Part shown: in pieces, positions 1 to 15,085 of the stretch
How the letters are laid out: each line of letters begins with the position of its first letter
How positions within the stretch are numbered: position 1 is the stretch's first letter
Assembly: GCF_009914755.1 (NCBI RefSeq)
Contig: NC_060947.1
Origin: the human T2T-CHM13v2.0 reference genome, Homo sapiens
Direction: 5' to 3' (one strand)
Length of the DNA stretch: 64,000 nt
The notes under the pieces: generated by a model
What the model was told of the DNA's origin: nothing
Seen by the model: the letters and a program-made list of their open reading frames with translations, nothing else
Databases searched by the model: none
Made by a program: the position numbers and the translations under genes

Positions 1-1404
1 GAGTTCCTAAACACCAAGTGCTTTCATAGTTCTCCACTCTTAAATCCATGGCTAGCGTCTTGATCTTTCAAAACAATTATAATCCTTTGCTATCCTGATG
101 AGGTATTACTTCTTCTGGGTCAATAACTATAGCTCAGTTATGCAACGTGCCCAAATGCATGCTGGTCATGAATTTATCACCCAAAATATTTGTTGACTTT
201 TCCTTTTAAACAGGATAAATTAAAGCACAATTTCTTTCATTAAGGCAGAAAGAATTTTACTTTCCAATAATAATCAATTGCAAAATGTCACTAAAACAAT
301 CTACTGGAAAAGTACCTGAACTTCTGACTATTAAGCCAAACTATCCCTTTTAATAGACAGACTGAAAATTGACATCATTTTATAGTATGTCTAGAATGAA
401 CCAATTTTGCAGTAACTTCATCTATTCAAAACACAGTAAAGAAACAAGTAAAAAAGAGGCCTCAGAGACAGAATAGATATCACAAAGCTCAAGCACAAAT
501 GCACATTCATGTTAGTAACTGACGCACACCTTAGTCCTTCATGTACAATTCTAAATCTGTTTGGCCAACTGGTTTTGAGCATGCAAAAAATCAGAAGAAG
601 GAGATAAGGAGCTGAAGGAAGGCACACTAAGGCATGACATAGAAGAAAATGCAAAAGCTGTTCAAGGAACATAAGAAGAGTACAACAATCCGGGATCATA
701 TATTGTAGAAGCAAATAGTTCTACAAGTCTCAACAGATCCTACAGCATCTCTAAAACACTTTACTGTAACAGCTGTAATGACAGCCATGAGTCAGCAGGA
801 AAAAATTTAACCAAAGTATTGAAAATGAAAAATACATTGATATTAAGGAGATAAAATCAGTTGTAAATAAAAATACAATAAAACAAAATTCTGGAACAGT
901 TCATCTCCTAAGCATTTAAGAAATCTGAAGTTTTAACTGTTACAAGCAGCATCTTCACTTTTCTTCTCACGCTGTTTCCACTACAAATATAGCAAATTCC
1001 CTAAAGCTATATCAATCATCTTAACCCTGCTATCAACGTATAAGGGAGCACAGTCAATGATGACATCCATTTTAAGCGATTTGGGGGCTTACTAGGAAAT
1101 TTCACTCTATATCACTATAGAAATTCATTTTTAATGAAGAAAGTGCATTTCAGAGATACAAATTTTATCTAAACCTTCAATACCAGTAGTACAAATAATA
1201 TAGCAGACTATGTGCATTAAAATATAACTTCTTTTCCAAGCATCAGGACATGCACACACACCCCCAACTTGCTTTCAGGTAAGGCGTGCTTCAGGTTCTT
1301 GGTCCTACCAATTAAATGTTCCAAACTCCCTCTCTGGGCTACACTGACCTACAATATACCAGATGATGACCCTTCCATTCTCAGGGAAGAGACATTATAT
1401 TATA

Positions 1405-1510
1405 ATGGTTAAGAGCATGGGCCCTGCAAATAAGCTATCATGGTGTTCAATTCTAGCTCTACCACTGAACTGTGTTACCGTGAGCACTTAACTACCGTCT
1501 GTAAAACAGA
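1405..1510 (+). mobile_element. MIR fragment
   Basis: Degenerate MIR motifs (taatggttaagagcatggg...ttcaattctagctctaccact...tctgtaaaa). Confidence 0.5.
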
Positions 1511-1559
1511 GACAGAGACAGCATCTAGCACTTAGCATTACTCATAAATGTTGGTAATA

Positions 1560-1810
1560 TGTAATTTATAGCACATCTACAAAGAATCAGGCACTGTGCA
1601 GAACATTAGGAATATAAATATGAACGAGGAACAGTACCTACATTCAAAGAGTTCAGTCTCATGGAGAAAACAGACATAACAGAGCATATAAATGCTATGA
1701 ATGAAGGTATGTGTGCTAAGGCACTATGCAATACAGAGGAAGAATACTTATCTCAGCATATTCCCAGGGGACAGGTATACTGTGTCTTAAAGGAAGTTAT
1801 GTAAGCAAAA
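1560..1810 (-). mobile_element. L2 3' fragment
   Basis: atttatagcacatctac...caggcactgtgc...tcaaagagttcagtctcatggagaaaacagac resembles the reverse complement of the L2 3' end. Confidence 0.45.
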
Positions 1811-2084
1811 CAAAGGTTACAATAATATCTCCTGAGGCACAATGAGGGTAATCCTTGTGCATCATGTAGACCTGGATGTGAGGTACTATGACTTTGTAAA
1901 GTGTTAAATGCATATTATTGAGTATAAAGGTATTGAAAAAGCCCTATGACCCGCAAACCTCTCCCTCATCCACGAATCAGGCAGCCTGAAATCCCCACAA
2001 TAAATGTCCATCTAACAAGTATGCCATTACATCATTTTTGAAAATGCAAAGTATACCTAAAAATGGAAGCAGATGAAAAAAGAA

Positions 2085-2310
2085 GTATTATTTATAGAAT
2101 TCTTCCACGTACCAGACACTTTACATTAGTTACTTTACCAAATCCTCACAACAACCCAGAGAAGAACGTATTATTACCCTCATTTTACAGATTAAAAAAA
2201 ACAGAGGCTTCTCAGAGTTTATTAATATGCTCAAGGTCACCATTGCTAAGTGGCTGAGTCAGAATTCTAACCTTGAAAATCTGAACTGCAACCACTAAAT
2301 TATACTGCTA
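2085..2310 (-). mobile_element. MIR
   Basis: aatcctcacaacaaccc...attattaccctcattttacagat...aaacagaggct...caaggtcac is the MIR core in reverse orientation. Confidence 0.6.
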
Positions 2311-2363
2311 TCTTGGTATACTAACATGGAAATAACACATATTAAGAAGTATCAATCAGTCAT

Positions 2364-2670
2364 TGTATTAGTTTGCTGGGGTTGCCATAATAAAGTACCA
2401 CAAACTGGGCAGCTTAAACAACAGATTCAACATGTCAGCACAGTTGGGTTCTTCTGAGGTCTCTCTCCTTGGCTTCCAGATGGCCATCTTCACATGGTCT
2501 TCCCTCTGAACCTGCCTATGTCCTAACCTCTTCTTAAAAGGACACCAGTTACATTGAATTAGAGTCTACCATGAAATACCCTATCTCCACACTTCACCAC
2601 ATTCTGAGATACTGGTGGGGTTGGGACTTCAACATCTAGGTTTCAGGAGGGCACAATTCAATCCACAACA
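2364..2670 (-). mobile_element. MaLR solo LTR (MLT1B/C-like)
   Basis: tgtattagtttgct...ccataataaagtaccacaaactggg...cacaattcaatccacaaca; TG...CA ends; near-TSD gtcat/gtcac. Confidence 0.75.
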
Positions 2671-4060
2671 GTCACACTGAAAAAAGACTCCTCTTCCAAG
2701 AGAAAATGGGGATTAACCTTAAGTGTTTTTAAATCATAAATAAAATTTGTGGAGGTTGTTTTTTAAGAAATGCAAGCATATACATTTAGCTAGGAATAGC
2801 CAATGAGTCCAATGCCCCTGAGGAGCATTTTGGAAATGTGTTGGGGTACTTTTACCACTCAAAATTATTGAGAGAAACCACGAGCATTTGGTGGGCAGAG
2901 GTAAGTGTTATGGAATACATGGAGCAGTCCCAAACAGTAAAGAATGGCCTCATTTCCCAGAAGAGGGAAATACTCTGCCAGGTGAAACTTAACACAATAA
3001 ACACCAGGAACTGTGTATACTAATACACAGGTAGTATACGAACTGTGTATACTAATACAGGTAGATTTGACAAGAAGTTAAGAAAAAAGCCCAATAATTT
3101 AGGACAAAGTCTTTACGGAGGCAGAAGCTTGAATCAAATAAAGATGTTGTCTCAAAACTAAATTATATATCCACTCTATGCACTACATACTAGAGCATTT
3201 CTAATTATATATTTGTTGAAAAGAGTTTAGTATAATAGTGCAGTTACTGCAAAAGCAATGGAACCTCTGCAAAAAATGGCAGAGGATATTTGAGTCCATT
3301 CTTAAAGATTACAAACAAAGCATTATTAAATTCGTAGAGACATATGAACCATAGGGATCTCAATAAAAATTACTGAAGTTGAATTTTGAAGAGCAAATTT
3401 TTTAAAAGAATAAAAATTACTTAAATTAATGTTTCAAATTACGAAATTCTATGTGTTAAAAAAAATGTTCTGTAACACTAAGAAACATATCCTGTAAAAA
3501 CCCATATTGAAAGTATTCATTTGGTGATTGCCTGTTATTTTTCTATCTTTTTGGTATAGAGACATCTACTGCCCCATCTTCTCCATACCTTACTGTTTTA
3601 TTGTTTCTCTTTCTAATCCATCCTCTCTATTTCTCATCACCTAGAGAAGAATTTGGTCATCAAGGTCTTTTGAGGCACCAGGAATCTAAACCATGTCTTA
3701 AAGTGGTAGTATTTCAAAATAGGAAATATGCTTTCTGTGATGCCTCATCAGGGTCTTGTTCTCTATCACAATATAGGAAATTACTTTCTCAGTACCCTTA
3801 TAAATATGGCCCAAGTCCTTTGTGAGAATATCGTACTTCCTCATTTTCTTCATTTTGAGAGTCTGTAATTTGTCATGACATGTTTTCTCGGCTTCAAGTA
3901 TTTCCTTCTTTCTCTTATTATATACAAACAAGTCTCATCTGTGGTTATTTATTCTAACATTTTTATGTTATGGTCCACATGTACCACTAATTTTTCATTT
4001 TCTGTAGTTTTCTATACAGAATTACCTTGTTACTTCTCATAAACCTGAACTTAATTCTTT

Positions 4061-4147
4061 AGAAGTAGGTACAAGCTTCATTTCCAAGATTAGGCTACAG
4101 ACATTAAAAAACTTTTTGTTTTAAAAAAAAAAGAAGTAGGTACAAGC
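4061..4147 (+). pseudogene. 55-nt polyadenylated retro-insertion (severely truncated retrocopy or orphan transduction) with 16-bp TSD
   Basis: Perfect direct repeat agaagtaggtacaagc at 4061-4076 and 4132-4147; insert has ATTAAA (4103-4108) and an A9 tail (4123-4131); TT/AGAA endonuclease-like site. Confidence 0.8.
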
Positions 4148-6284
4148 ATTCACTACTTCACTACATCTTCTAGTACAGTTGGGCCCTCACAGTCATATCC
4201 TGAAATACGTACAGTTTCACTATAAATTATATTTATTTATTCTTTATATTATAATCATGGTATTGATTTTGTTATATGTATATAAGTAGGTCACACTATC
4301 TATGAATTCTATTTCCCACTAATTAAACAAACTGCTACAAAATGTTTAAAAGGGTAAGGTCAACGTCTGACAGGGTTGAAAGCCACATATGGTGACTTAC
4401 AGAGACCTGAACCAGGAGAACACAGAAACTGTCCCTGAATCTGGTGAAAAGGAAAAGGAAAATGCTCTTTTCTACTGGTCCTCTGACTAAACAGCAAACA
4501 GAACTAAGAAACTGTAGCCAAGAAATTGGAAGCAAAGAATAAGTAAAAGAAAAAAATAGAGAAGTGGTTTATAAGAAACCAAATAATTAACTGAATATGC
4601 AAAACTGACTGCCGGTAGTGCTTTCAGATCTAACCTAGCAGCAGCCTAGCATTGGGGTTAAGGGATGATCTAAATAGATATGCAGAGAGACTAGTTAGAA
4701 TTTCAATCGTGAAAGACTGCCAATAAGCTGGATTTCACTAATAGGTCAATTAATTAAATCCATAAACCATGCTCACCACTACAGTAAAATTTGGTTGTAC
4801 ATCAATGAACCTGTATATGTGCTGTACTTTAGAGGAGTGGAAAAAGGGAATCAAGAAGTTAGAGCGAATAAAAGGTCAAAAGATCACAATACCAAGAGTT
4901 TAGCTTCAGAAGAAGAAAACTGTGTCACTAATAAGCTCCCATCCTGTCTCAAAGCTTACCAATGAGAAAAACATTAGAGGTACTGAAATGAACTACAGAG
5001 GACAATTGGTTCAACCCATTAACTCTAAGTGGGCTTCATTTCCCCTACACTGGGCCAATATCTGGGCCAGTAACTCAGGGTTACTTTTAATTAGGTACTT
5101 TCAGAACAGAAATGCTGAGAGCAGTTTGGTCAAAACTCTTTTATGTTTGATGCTTAAAGTATGTCATGCTATATTAGTTTGTCCCTAGAAAAGATAGCTT
5201 GTAAAGGAATAGCCAAACTATTAAAGAACTAAAATAGCATGATTTTGGTTGCTCCTTTTATGCCCTAAAGGGTAGCAGCAATGTGAACTCTGGAGCATCT
5301 AGCTCATCCTCATCTCAAATTCCTCTATTGCAAAAAGGTCATTGTGAATTCTTAATAAAGAATTAAGCTAGATTTACTTTATATCAAATTAATTTTAAGT
5401 CATGAGCCACATTTGATCAGACTACTTACAAAGAGAGCACAGTCTTATCTTTTGCTAAAGTCTTAATGCATATTCTTCACCATGCAGAGACAAAAATTAT
5501 TATAGTTATTTTAGCAATTACACCCTAGCAGCTGTTATATATTTTTTTCCGACTAAGTCTGAAGTTACAATAAACCAAATAATTGTTCATTTTAATTGTA
5601 TTGGACAAGGCCATTTAGGTTGATAAATTAGAAGGTAAACCATCATTAACTCACAGGTAAAATTCACAAATATTTGAAGGATAGTTTTTCCTCTATATCA
5701 TCAATACCAGACAACTTAAACTTGTTTTATGTAACTATTACATAAAGCATTTATGTTACAAAATTTGTCTTTAACAATAATTTCTAAAGCATATATATTT
5801 TCTGATTTTTCACTTAAAAATGTGTTTTTGAAAAATAACAGGTTTCAAGTGAATAAACATGGAAAGCTTAAAATACTGCCTTATACTATTTAGCCAGTCT
5901 TTGCTTTCCTCTTCTTGTTTGTTCAGACTAAAAAAGAAAGGTCAGCTTTCCCTTTTTCCCTCCAATTCCCAATTTAGCATGCATTAAGGTTTAGAATATA
6001 AGGTTAAAAAACATTTCTCTCCAAACTGAAGAAGCCACTGCTATTTTAAAATATTGATTTATCACTGTAATGACCTCTAAAAAATCCATGTGCTTAAGTG
6101 ACTAACATTAGGTAACTGACATGACTCTCTTTTTGCTCCAGATATGGAGAAATGATTATCATATGTTTGACACTGAGACTGTCTTAAGCACACAGACAAG
6201 AAAATGAACTGAATAGCTTCTGTATAGTCCTACTTATAGCCTCTTTTAGAAAAGTTTAATAAATATACTTTCATACCCCCAAAC

Positions 6285-6495
6285 AGTAGAGTGAAGAGAG
6301 AAGAAACTGTAGAGTCACACAGACTTGAGCTTAAATGCTAGCCTCACTACATATTTGCTAGCTGTTTTCTGTGTGTTTTAATTTCTTCACTGCTTCTAGG
6401 ATAACAACGCCTACTTCTCAAAGGGTGGCTATAAGGTCTGAATGAAATAAAATATGTTAAGTGACTGACTAGGCAGAAACACAATAAATGTTGGG
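6285..6495 (+). mobile_element. MIR
   Basis: tagagtcacacagacttgag...aaatgctagcctcactac...ataacaacgcctacttctcaaaggg...caataaatgtt. Confidence 0.5.
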
Positions 6496-8044
6496 TCTCA
6501 TATCTTCCCTTCCCTACAACTTGGAATTTTAATATATCTAAATGAAAACTCTTCAGAGGTAAATTTGTAATGCATGTCTAATATTTTAAATATTAATTTT
6601 CTTTAGCCTATAACACCTTCAACTGCTGGATCGACAAGACGTTCACTATGTGGATGACTACCACCTTTGAAAATAAAGAGTACTCTGTGGTCAATATATT
6701 TGACTAAATTTGTTATATAAGCTTAATTATTTTTAACATGAAAGTAATAAAAGAATAGTCATCCTTTGATGTCAGTGTGACTTTTCTAGTTTTGTAATCC
6801 TTAACTCAGTCTTTTTTAATATACAATGAACTTTTTATAAACTTCTACATTCTGAAAACCAAATTAATTAAAATTCATTTTAAAAGGTAAATGTATACCA
6901 ACCAGCATTTTGTGAACTTGCAGTAGACCCAGCACCCTTCTCAGTCTCTGAGAACTGCATACCATCTACCCACAAGGCAAACATGGGTTGTTCTTTCCAA
7001 TCTAACTACCTTTGGGCCATGCTGATTAGACCAGAAGTGGAACTTGTCCTAAACTAATTATATATACTATCTCTCCTGGGAATTGGAGCAGAGCAATTCT
7101 AGTCTGGCCAGAAGTAATCCCAGGGTCTCAGGGCAGTCATATGCACAGAGAAATCAGAGAAAGCCAGTCTTCAGAAAGACAGAGGTGTAAAGGACTCACA
7201 TAAAAAGAAACAGAGCCAACGTAGCCTGGAACACAAATGATACAAGAAGCAAGAATAGCTTCCAAAGTTACTGAGCCCTTCTAGCTTCCTGCCCTTGGCC
7301 TCCCTAGGCTCCATTAGGCTAGAGCAAGCTCCAGTGTGTTTCTGCTACATAGAAGTAAAAGAAACTCAACTAAGACAGGAATAGGTAATGAAACACAAAT
7401 ACGGAAGAGTTATAGCTCCTCCAGGGCTGGACATCGCTATTTTAATAGATACTAAAATTCTACAGTATCACAATAAGTTCCTTCTATTACTCCATTTACT
7501 GTTTTTTTTCTGACAACATAGCTGATAGTATATTATCTAAAAATTTGTAAAGTCATAACAAAAATTAAACTGTGCTTAGAGAAAAACCAAGTAGAATTGT
7601 TACAAAGCAGACAGAAAAGGGTAATGACAGGTAATATTTATTTAGTAGTGGAGGTGGTGAAGATTGTGAGTTCCAATTCAGGAAGATAGTTAAGCCAGTA
7701 TGCTTTTTAAATTATCTGGAACCAGTCATGAGACATGAAATCTGTTTAGTGGGTCAGGACAAGTGTTTATTTTTAATGAAACAGAACTACAGGGGTAAAA
7801 TAGTAAAAATAAATATTGGTAAGTATTCTTTCATGAAACGATTTGCTCCAGATACTACACACTTTTAAGTCACTAAATTATGAAATCAACTATAGTTCTA
7901 ACTTCTGGCCAGGGTCAAAAGAGCTTAAATGTCACTAACAATCCCATGCTTCCAAAATACCAACTGGAGGCAATAACTCCTAGTAACACATTTTCATAAC
8001 ATATTTATTTTATGAGTTAAACAAATAAAAGTATTCCTAGCAAA

Positions 8045-8502
8045 TAAATCTTATTTGCTTTAAGTTAACTCAAAGTGGATCACAGATCTAAATATAAAAC
8101 CCAAAAATATACAACTTCTGGAAGAAAAGATAGAAGAAAATCTTCAGGATTTTAGGTTAGGCAAAGATCTTGTAGCTATGAAAAACATGATCTACGAAAG
8201 AGAAACCTGACAAAATGATCTTTATCAAATTACAATATTTTGTTCTGAGAAAGACTACCAAGAAAATGAAAGGACAAACCACAAACCAGGAAGAAAAATT
8301 GCAACCCACACATCTGATGAAAGATTTACATCCAGAATCAATAAAAAAATTACAACTCTACAATGAAAGAAAATCTAGTTTTTTTCCTTAATGGGCAAAA
8401 ATCTGAACACATACTCAAAGATATATGGAATAACAAATAAATATATGGAAAGATGCTCAAAATCATTAGTCATTAAGGTACGTGCCCATGAACACAATGA
8501 GA
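8045..8502 (+). mobile_element. Old L1M (L1MB-like) ORF2 3' region, broken at left inversion breakpoint
   Basis: aactcaaagtggatcacagatctaaat...aaagatgctcaaaatcattagtcattaagg...cacaatgaga; ends abruptly at ATGAGA. Confidence 0.8.
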
Positions 8503-8566
8503 CAATTCTTTATTCTTCCCATTGGTATATACATAGAGAGTTTCCAATAGTTTCTCATTGTAAGTA

Positions 8567-9747
8567 CAGTCATGCATCACTTAACAATGGGGATAGGTAC
8601 TCAGAAATGTGTCATTAGGTGATTTCATCATTATGCAAACATCATAGAATACACTTACACAAACCTAGATGATATAGCCTATTATATACCCAGGTTATAC
8701 GGTATAGCCTATTGTTCACAGGCTACAAACCTCTAATGCATGTGACTGTACTGAATACTGTAGGCAACTGTAACATAATAGTCAGTATTTGTGTATCTAA
8801 GCATATCTAAACTTAGAAAAGGTGCAGTAAAAATACAGTATAAAAGATAAAAAATGGTACACCTGTATAGGGCACTTAGCATGAATGGAACCTGCAGGAC
8901 TGGAAGTTGGTTGCTCTGAGTGAGTCAGTAAGTGAGTGGTAAGTGAATGTGAAGGCCTAGGACATTACTGTATACTGTTGTAGACTTTATCAACACTGTA
9001 CACTTAGGTAAACTAAATTTATAAAAAAATTTCTCTTTCTTCAATAATAACCTTAGCTTACTGTAACTTTTTTTATATGCTTTTAAATTTTTTTTAACTT
9101 TTTGCCTCTTTTGTAATAACTTAGCTTAAAACACATTATACAGCTGTAAAAAATATTGTATTTCTTTATATCCTTATTCTATAATCCTTATTCAATTTTT
9201 ACTTTTATTTTACTTTTTAAACTTTTTTTTAACTAAGACACAAGCACATAGGCCTACACAGGGTCAGGATCATAAATACCACTGTCTTCCACCTCCACAT
9301 CGCATCCCACTGGAAGGTCTTCAGGGGCAATAACGTGCATGGAGCTGTCATCTCCTATGATGATAATGCCTTCTTCTGGAATACCTTCCGAAGGACCTGC
9401 CTGAAGCTGTTTACAGTTAGGTTTTTGTATACATAGAAGGAATATACTCTAAAATAACAATAGAAAGTATAGTAAATATATAAACCAGTAACACAGTCAT
9501 TTATTATCAAGTATTATGTACTATATATATAACAGTATTGCTATACCTTTATACCACTAGAAGCAGCACAGTGGGGTCGTTTACACCAGCATCACCACAA
9601 ACACGTGAAGAATGCTTTGCACTACAACATTAGGAGGGATCTGACTTCACTAGGCAATAGGAATTTTTCAGCTCCGTTATAATCATATGGGACCACAATT
9701 TCGTAGGCAGTTAATCACTGGCCGAAAGGTTATGTGACACATGACTA
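8567..9747 (+). mobile_element. Tigger3b (MER7B-like) DNA transposon, near full length
   Basis: Starts cagtcatgcatcacttaacaatgggg, ends ...gacacatgacta; flanked by TA dinucleotides; ~1.18 kb. Confidence 0.85.
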
Positions 9748-9836
9748 TAATATCGCATTCTTATTTACACATCTCTGCACACACACAATTTCTGTTGGAT
9801 CCAGCCTTCAGAACAGTATCACTAGAAAAGCACAAT

Positions 9837-10684
9837 GGGTAGAGAGGAAGATGGCCGACTAGAAGCCCCTAGCCCTCCTCCCTTCCATAAAGACAAGCAA
9901 AACAACAAATAAACAGCTATATTTTAATGAAAATAACTAATGGAGAACACCAGGGTGCGTCAAAGGAGTAACACAAACCTTGGTGAGCACAGAAACTCAG
10001 GAGAGTCACATAAAGAACGGAAGGAAATACTAGGACTCCATCACCCCATCCCCCATGTGAGATAACCTGGGAACCAGAAGGAACTTCTCTCTATGGTGCA
10101 AAGGTAGGCAAGAGGATCCCAGCAGCCCCCATCAACCCTTTGGATACCTACAATCCTCACTACTGGGGTCCCCTGCAGTCCTCACTAGCATTAAGCTCAG
10201 CTGAGGGAGCTGCCTAGAGACCACAAAGCTGTGCTCCCCCCACAGATAAGAAGCCAACACTGTGCCCCACCCCAAGTGGCCCACAGGGCTACTGCACTGA
10301 GAGCTAATGCTAGAGTATGTCTTGCCCCAGGATGAGTACGAGTAGTCACAGCACATCTTCTTCCCTGAGACTAAACTGCCCTCAAACCACCCCTGCTTAG
10401 TGGCCCTATATCCTCAAGTCCAGCTGTGAACAACTGTCCCTTCCCTGTGGGGCCAAGAAATGGTGGAACTGCTCCACCCACTCCTTCCCCCATCCCCTCA
10501 GGCAGAGTTGAGGCTGCGCAGTCCCTCCTGGGGAACCCATACTTTGGCAGAACAGCTCCATCTTCTCCCAGCCATGCCTGCACCCTGCCCCTAGGGACCT
10601 GAGCTGAATCTGCACTCTGCTGCTGAGCAAACAGCGCTTTGGTGGAGCCCTGCATCCTGGTGAAAACAGGGCCATCCAGAAGAG

Positions 10685-10727
<43 letters not shown>

Positions 10728-10800
10728 CACCTGAACTGAAACTGAAAATTGCCCCCTTGGGAGTTGGTGCCTTTGCTGAGCTGAGCAGCTGCACATCCCT
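9837..10800 (+). mobile_element. Old L1M 5'UTR fragment containing (CA)n
   Basis: Begins gggtagagaggaagatggccgactagaagc (L1 5' YY1-type start); GC-rich 5'UTR-like body; truncated at ~10800. Confidence 0.7.
10686..10723 (+). repeat. (CA)n microsatellite
   Basis: Pure CA run. Confidence 0.95.
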
Positions 10801-11808
10801 TCAGGAGGTATTCCAGAAAAAAAGCATTGTTACCATAGGAAATGACAGCTCCATGCACGTTATTGCCCTGAAGACCTTCCAGTGAGATAAGATGTGTAAG
10901 TGGAAGGCAGTGAAATTGATTATCCTAACCCTGTGTAGGCCCAGGCTGATGTATATGCTTGTGTCTTCGTTTTTAACAAAAAAAAGTTTAAAATGTAAAA
11001 AAAAAAAAAAAAAAACAATTTTAAAAATAGAAAAAGGCATATATATGGTAAAAGCCAAGACTTCACCATTATACAATATACCCATGTACCAAAATTGAAC
11101 TTGTACCCCTTACATTTATACAAATAAAAAACAATATTAATTCTTCCAGTTCATGAAAAAAGAAAAATGCTTATATAAAGAAATTATATGTATATATGTA
11201 CGGATATAAAAAAAGAATTTTTGTATAGCTGTGCAATATGTTTTTGTTTCAAGCTAAGTGTTATTACAAAAGAGGCAAAAAGTTTTAAAAAATTAAAAAG
11301 TGTACAAAGTAAAAAGTTACAGTAAGTTAAGGTTAATTTATTACCAAAGAAAAAATATTTTTTATAAATTTAGTAAAGCCTAAATGTATAGTGTTTATAA
11401 AGTCTATAGTAGTGTACAATAATATCCTAGGCATTCACATTCTCTTCTCACTGACTGACACCCATAACAACTTTCAGTCCTGCAAGCTCCATTCATGATA
11501 AATGCCCTATGCAGGTGTACCATTTTTTATCTTTTATACCATATTTTACCATACCTTTTATATGCTTAGATATATTTAGATACACAAATACAGATCATTA
11601 TGTTTCAACTACCTATAGTATTCAGTACAGTCACATGCATTACAGGTTTGTAGCCTGTGAGCAACAGGCTATACCATATAGCCTAGGTGTGTAGTAGGCT
11701 ATACCACATACGTTTGTGTAAGTACACTCCATGATATTCACACAATGACAAAATTGCCTAAGGATGCATTTCTCAGAATGTATACCTGTCGTTAAGTGAT
11801 GAAGGCTG
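10797..11808 (-). mobile_element. Tigger3b, 3'-truncated, reverse orientation
   Basis: Reverse-complement similarity to ~8567-9400 (e.g. gacagctccatgcacgttattgccc vs gggcaataacgtgcatggagctgtc); terminal ...gttaagtgatgaaggctg. Confidence 0.85.
11046..11160 (+). mobile_element. Short L1PB/L1MA-type 3'-end insertion inside Tigger3b
   Basis: aaagccaagacttcaccattatacaatatacccatgt...tacatttatacaaataaaaa; degenerate TSD agaaaaaggcatata / agaaaaatgcttata. Confidence 0.65.
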
Positions 11809-11809
11809 T

Positions 11810-14370
<2,561 letters not shown>

Positions 14371-14387
14371 TGTCAAATGGAGAAAGA

Positions 14388-14687
14388 GGCTGGGCATAGT
14401 GACACATACCTGTAATCCCAGCACTTTGGGAGGCCGAGGTGGGAAGACACTTGAGCCCAGGAGTTTGAGACCAGCCTGGGAAACACAGTGAGACCCCCAT
14501 GTCTCCAAACATTTAAAAATTAGCCAGGTGTGGTGGTGAGTGCCTCTATTGCCAGCTACTCAGGAGGCTGAGGTGGGAGAATTGCTTGAGCCCTGGAGGT
14601 CAAGGCTTCAGCGAACCAAGACTGTGCCACTGCACTATCACCTGGGTTACAGAGTGAGACACTCTCTCAAAAAAAAAAAAACCCCAC
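14388..14687 (+). mobile_element. AluJ
   Basis: Full dimer, ttgagcccagg J-type diagnostics; TSD aaatggagaaaga/aaatgaagaaaga. Confidence 0.9.
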
Positions 14688-14733
14688 AAATGAAGAAAGA
14701 AGTCCTCATTCCCTCTATTTCTCCCTTCTCCCC

Positions 14734-15085
14734 TATATTAGTCTGTTTTCATGCTGCTGATAAAGACATACCAGAGACTGGGCAATTTACAAAATAAGGA
14801 GGTTTAATGGACTTACAGTTCCACATGACTGGGGAAGCCTCACAATCATGGTGGAGGGCAAGGAGGAGGAAGTCACATCATACATGGATGGCAGCAGGCA
14901 AAAAGAGAGCTTGTGCAGGGAAACTCCCCTTTATATAACATCAGATCTTGTGAGACTTATTCACTATCACAAGAACAGCATAGGAAAGACCTGCCCCCAT
15001 GATTCAATTACCTCCCACTGGGTCCCTCCCACAACACGTGGAATTTAAGATGAGATTTGGGTGGGGACACAGCCAAACCATATCA
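14734..15085 (-). mobile_element. THE1 (THE1B-like) MaLR solo LTR
   Basis: tatattagtctgttttcatgctgctgataaagacatacc...gggtggggacacagccaaaccatatca; 5-bp TSD tcccc. Confidence 0.9.

Noticed and set aside
3008-3064. ~30-bp tandem duplication (similar small ones at 17177-17219 and ~61798-61833)
   Set aside because: Two-copy slippage duplications; ordinary, not CRISPR-like or an array.
3080-4330. Possible hAT-Charlie transposon remnants
   Set aside because: Too degenerate to delimit or name without an HMM search.
6610-6680. Possible 48-nt minus-strand exon (tttcaaag|GTGGTAG...TTGAAG|gtgtta)
   Set aside because: Acceptor is fair but the donor is weak, and the peptide is unrecognised.
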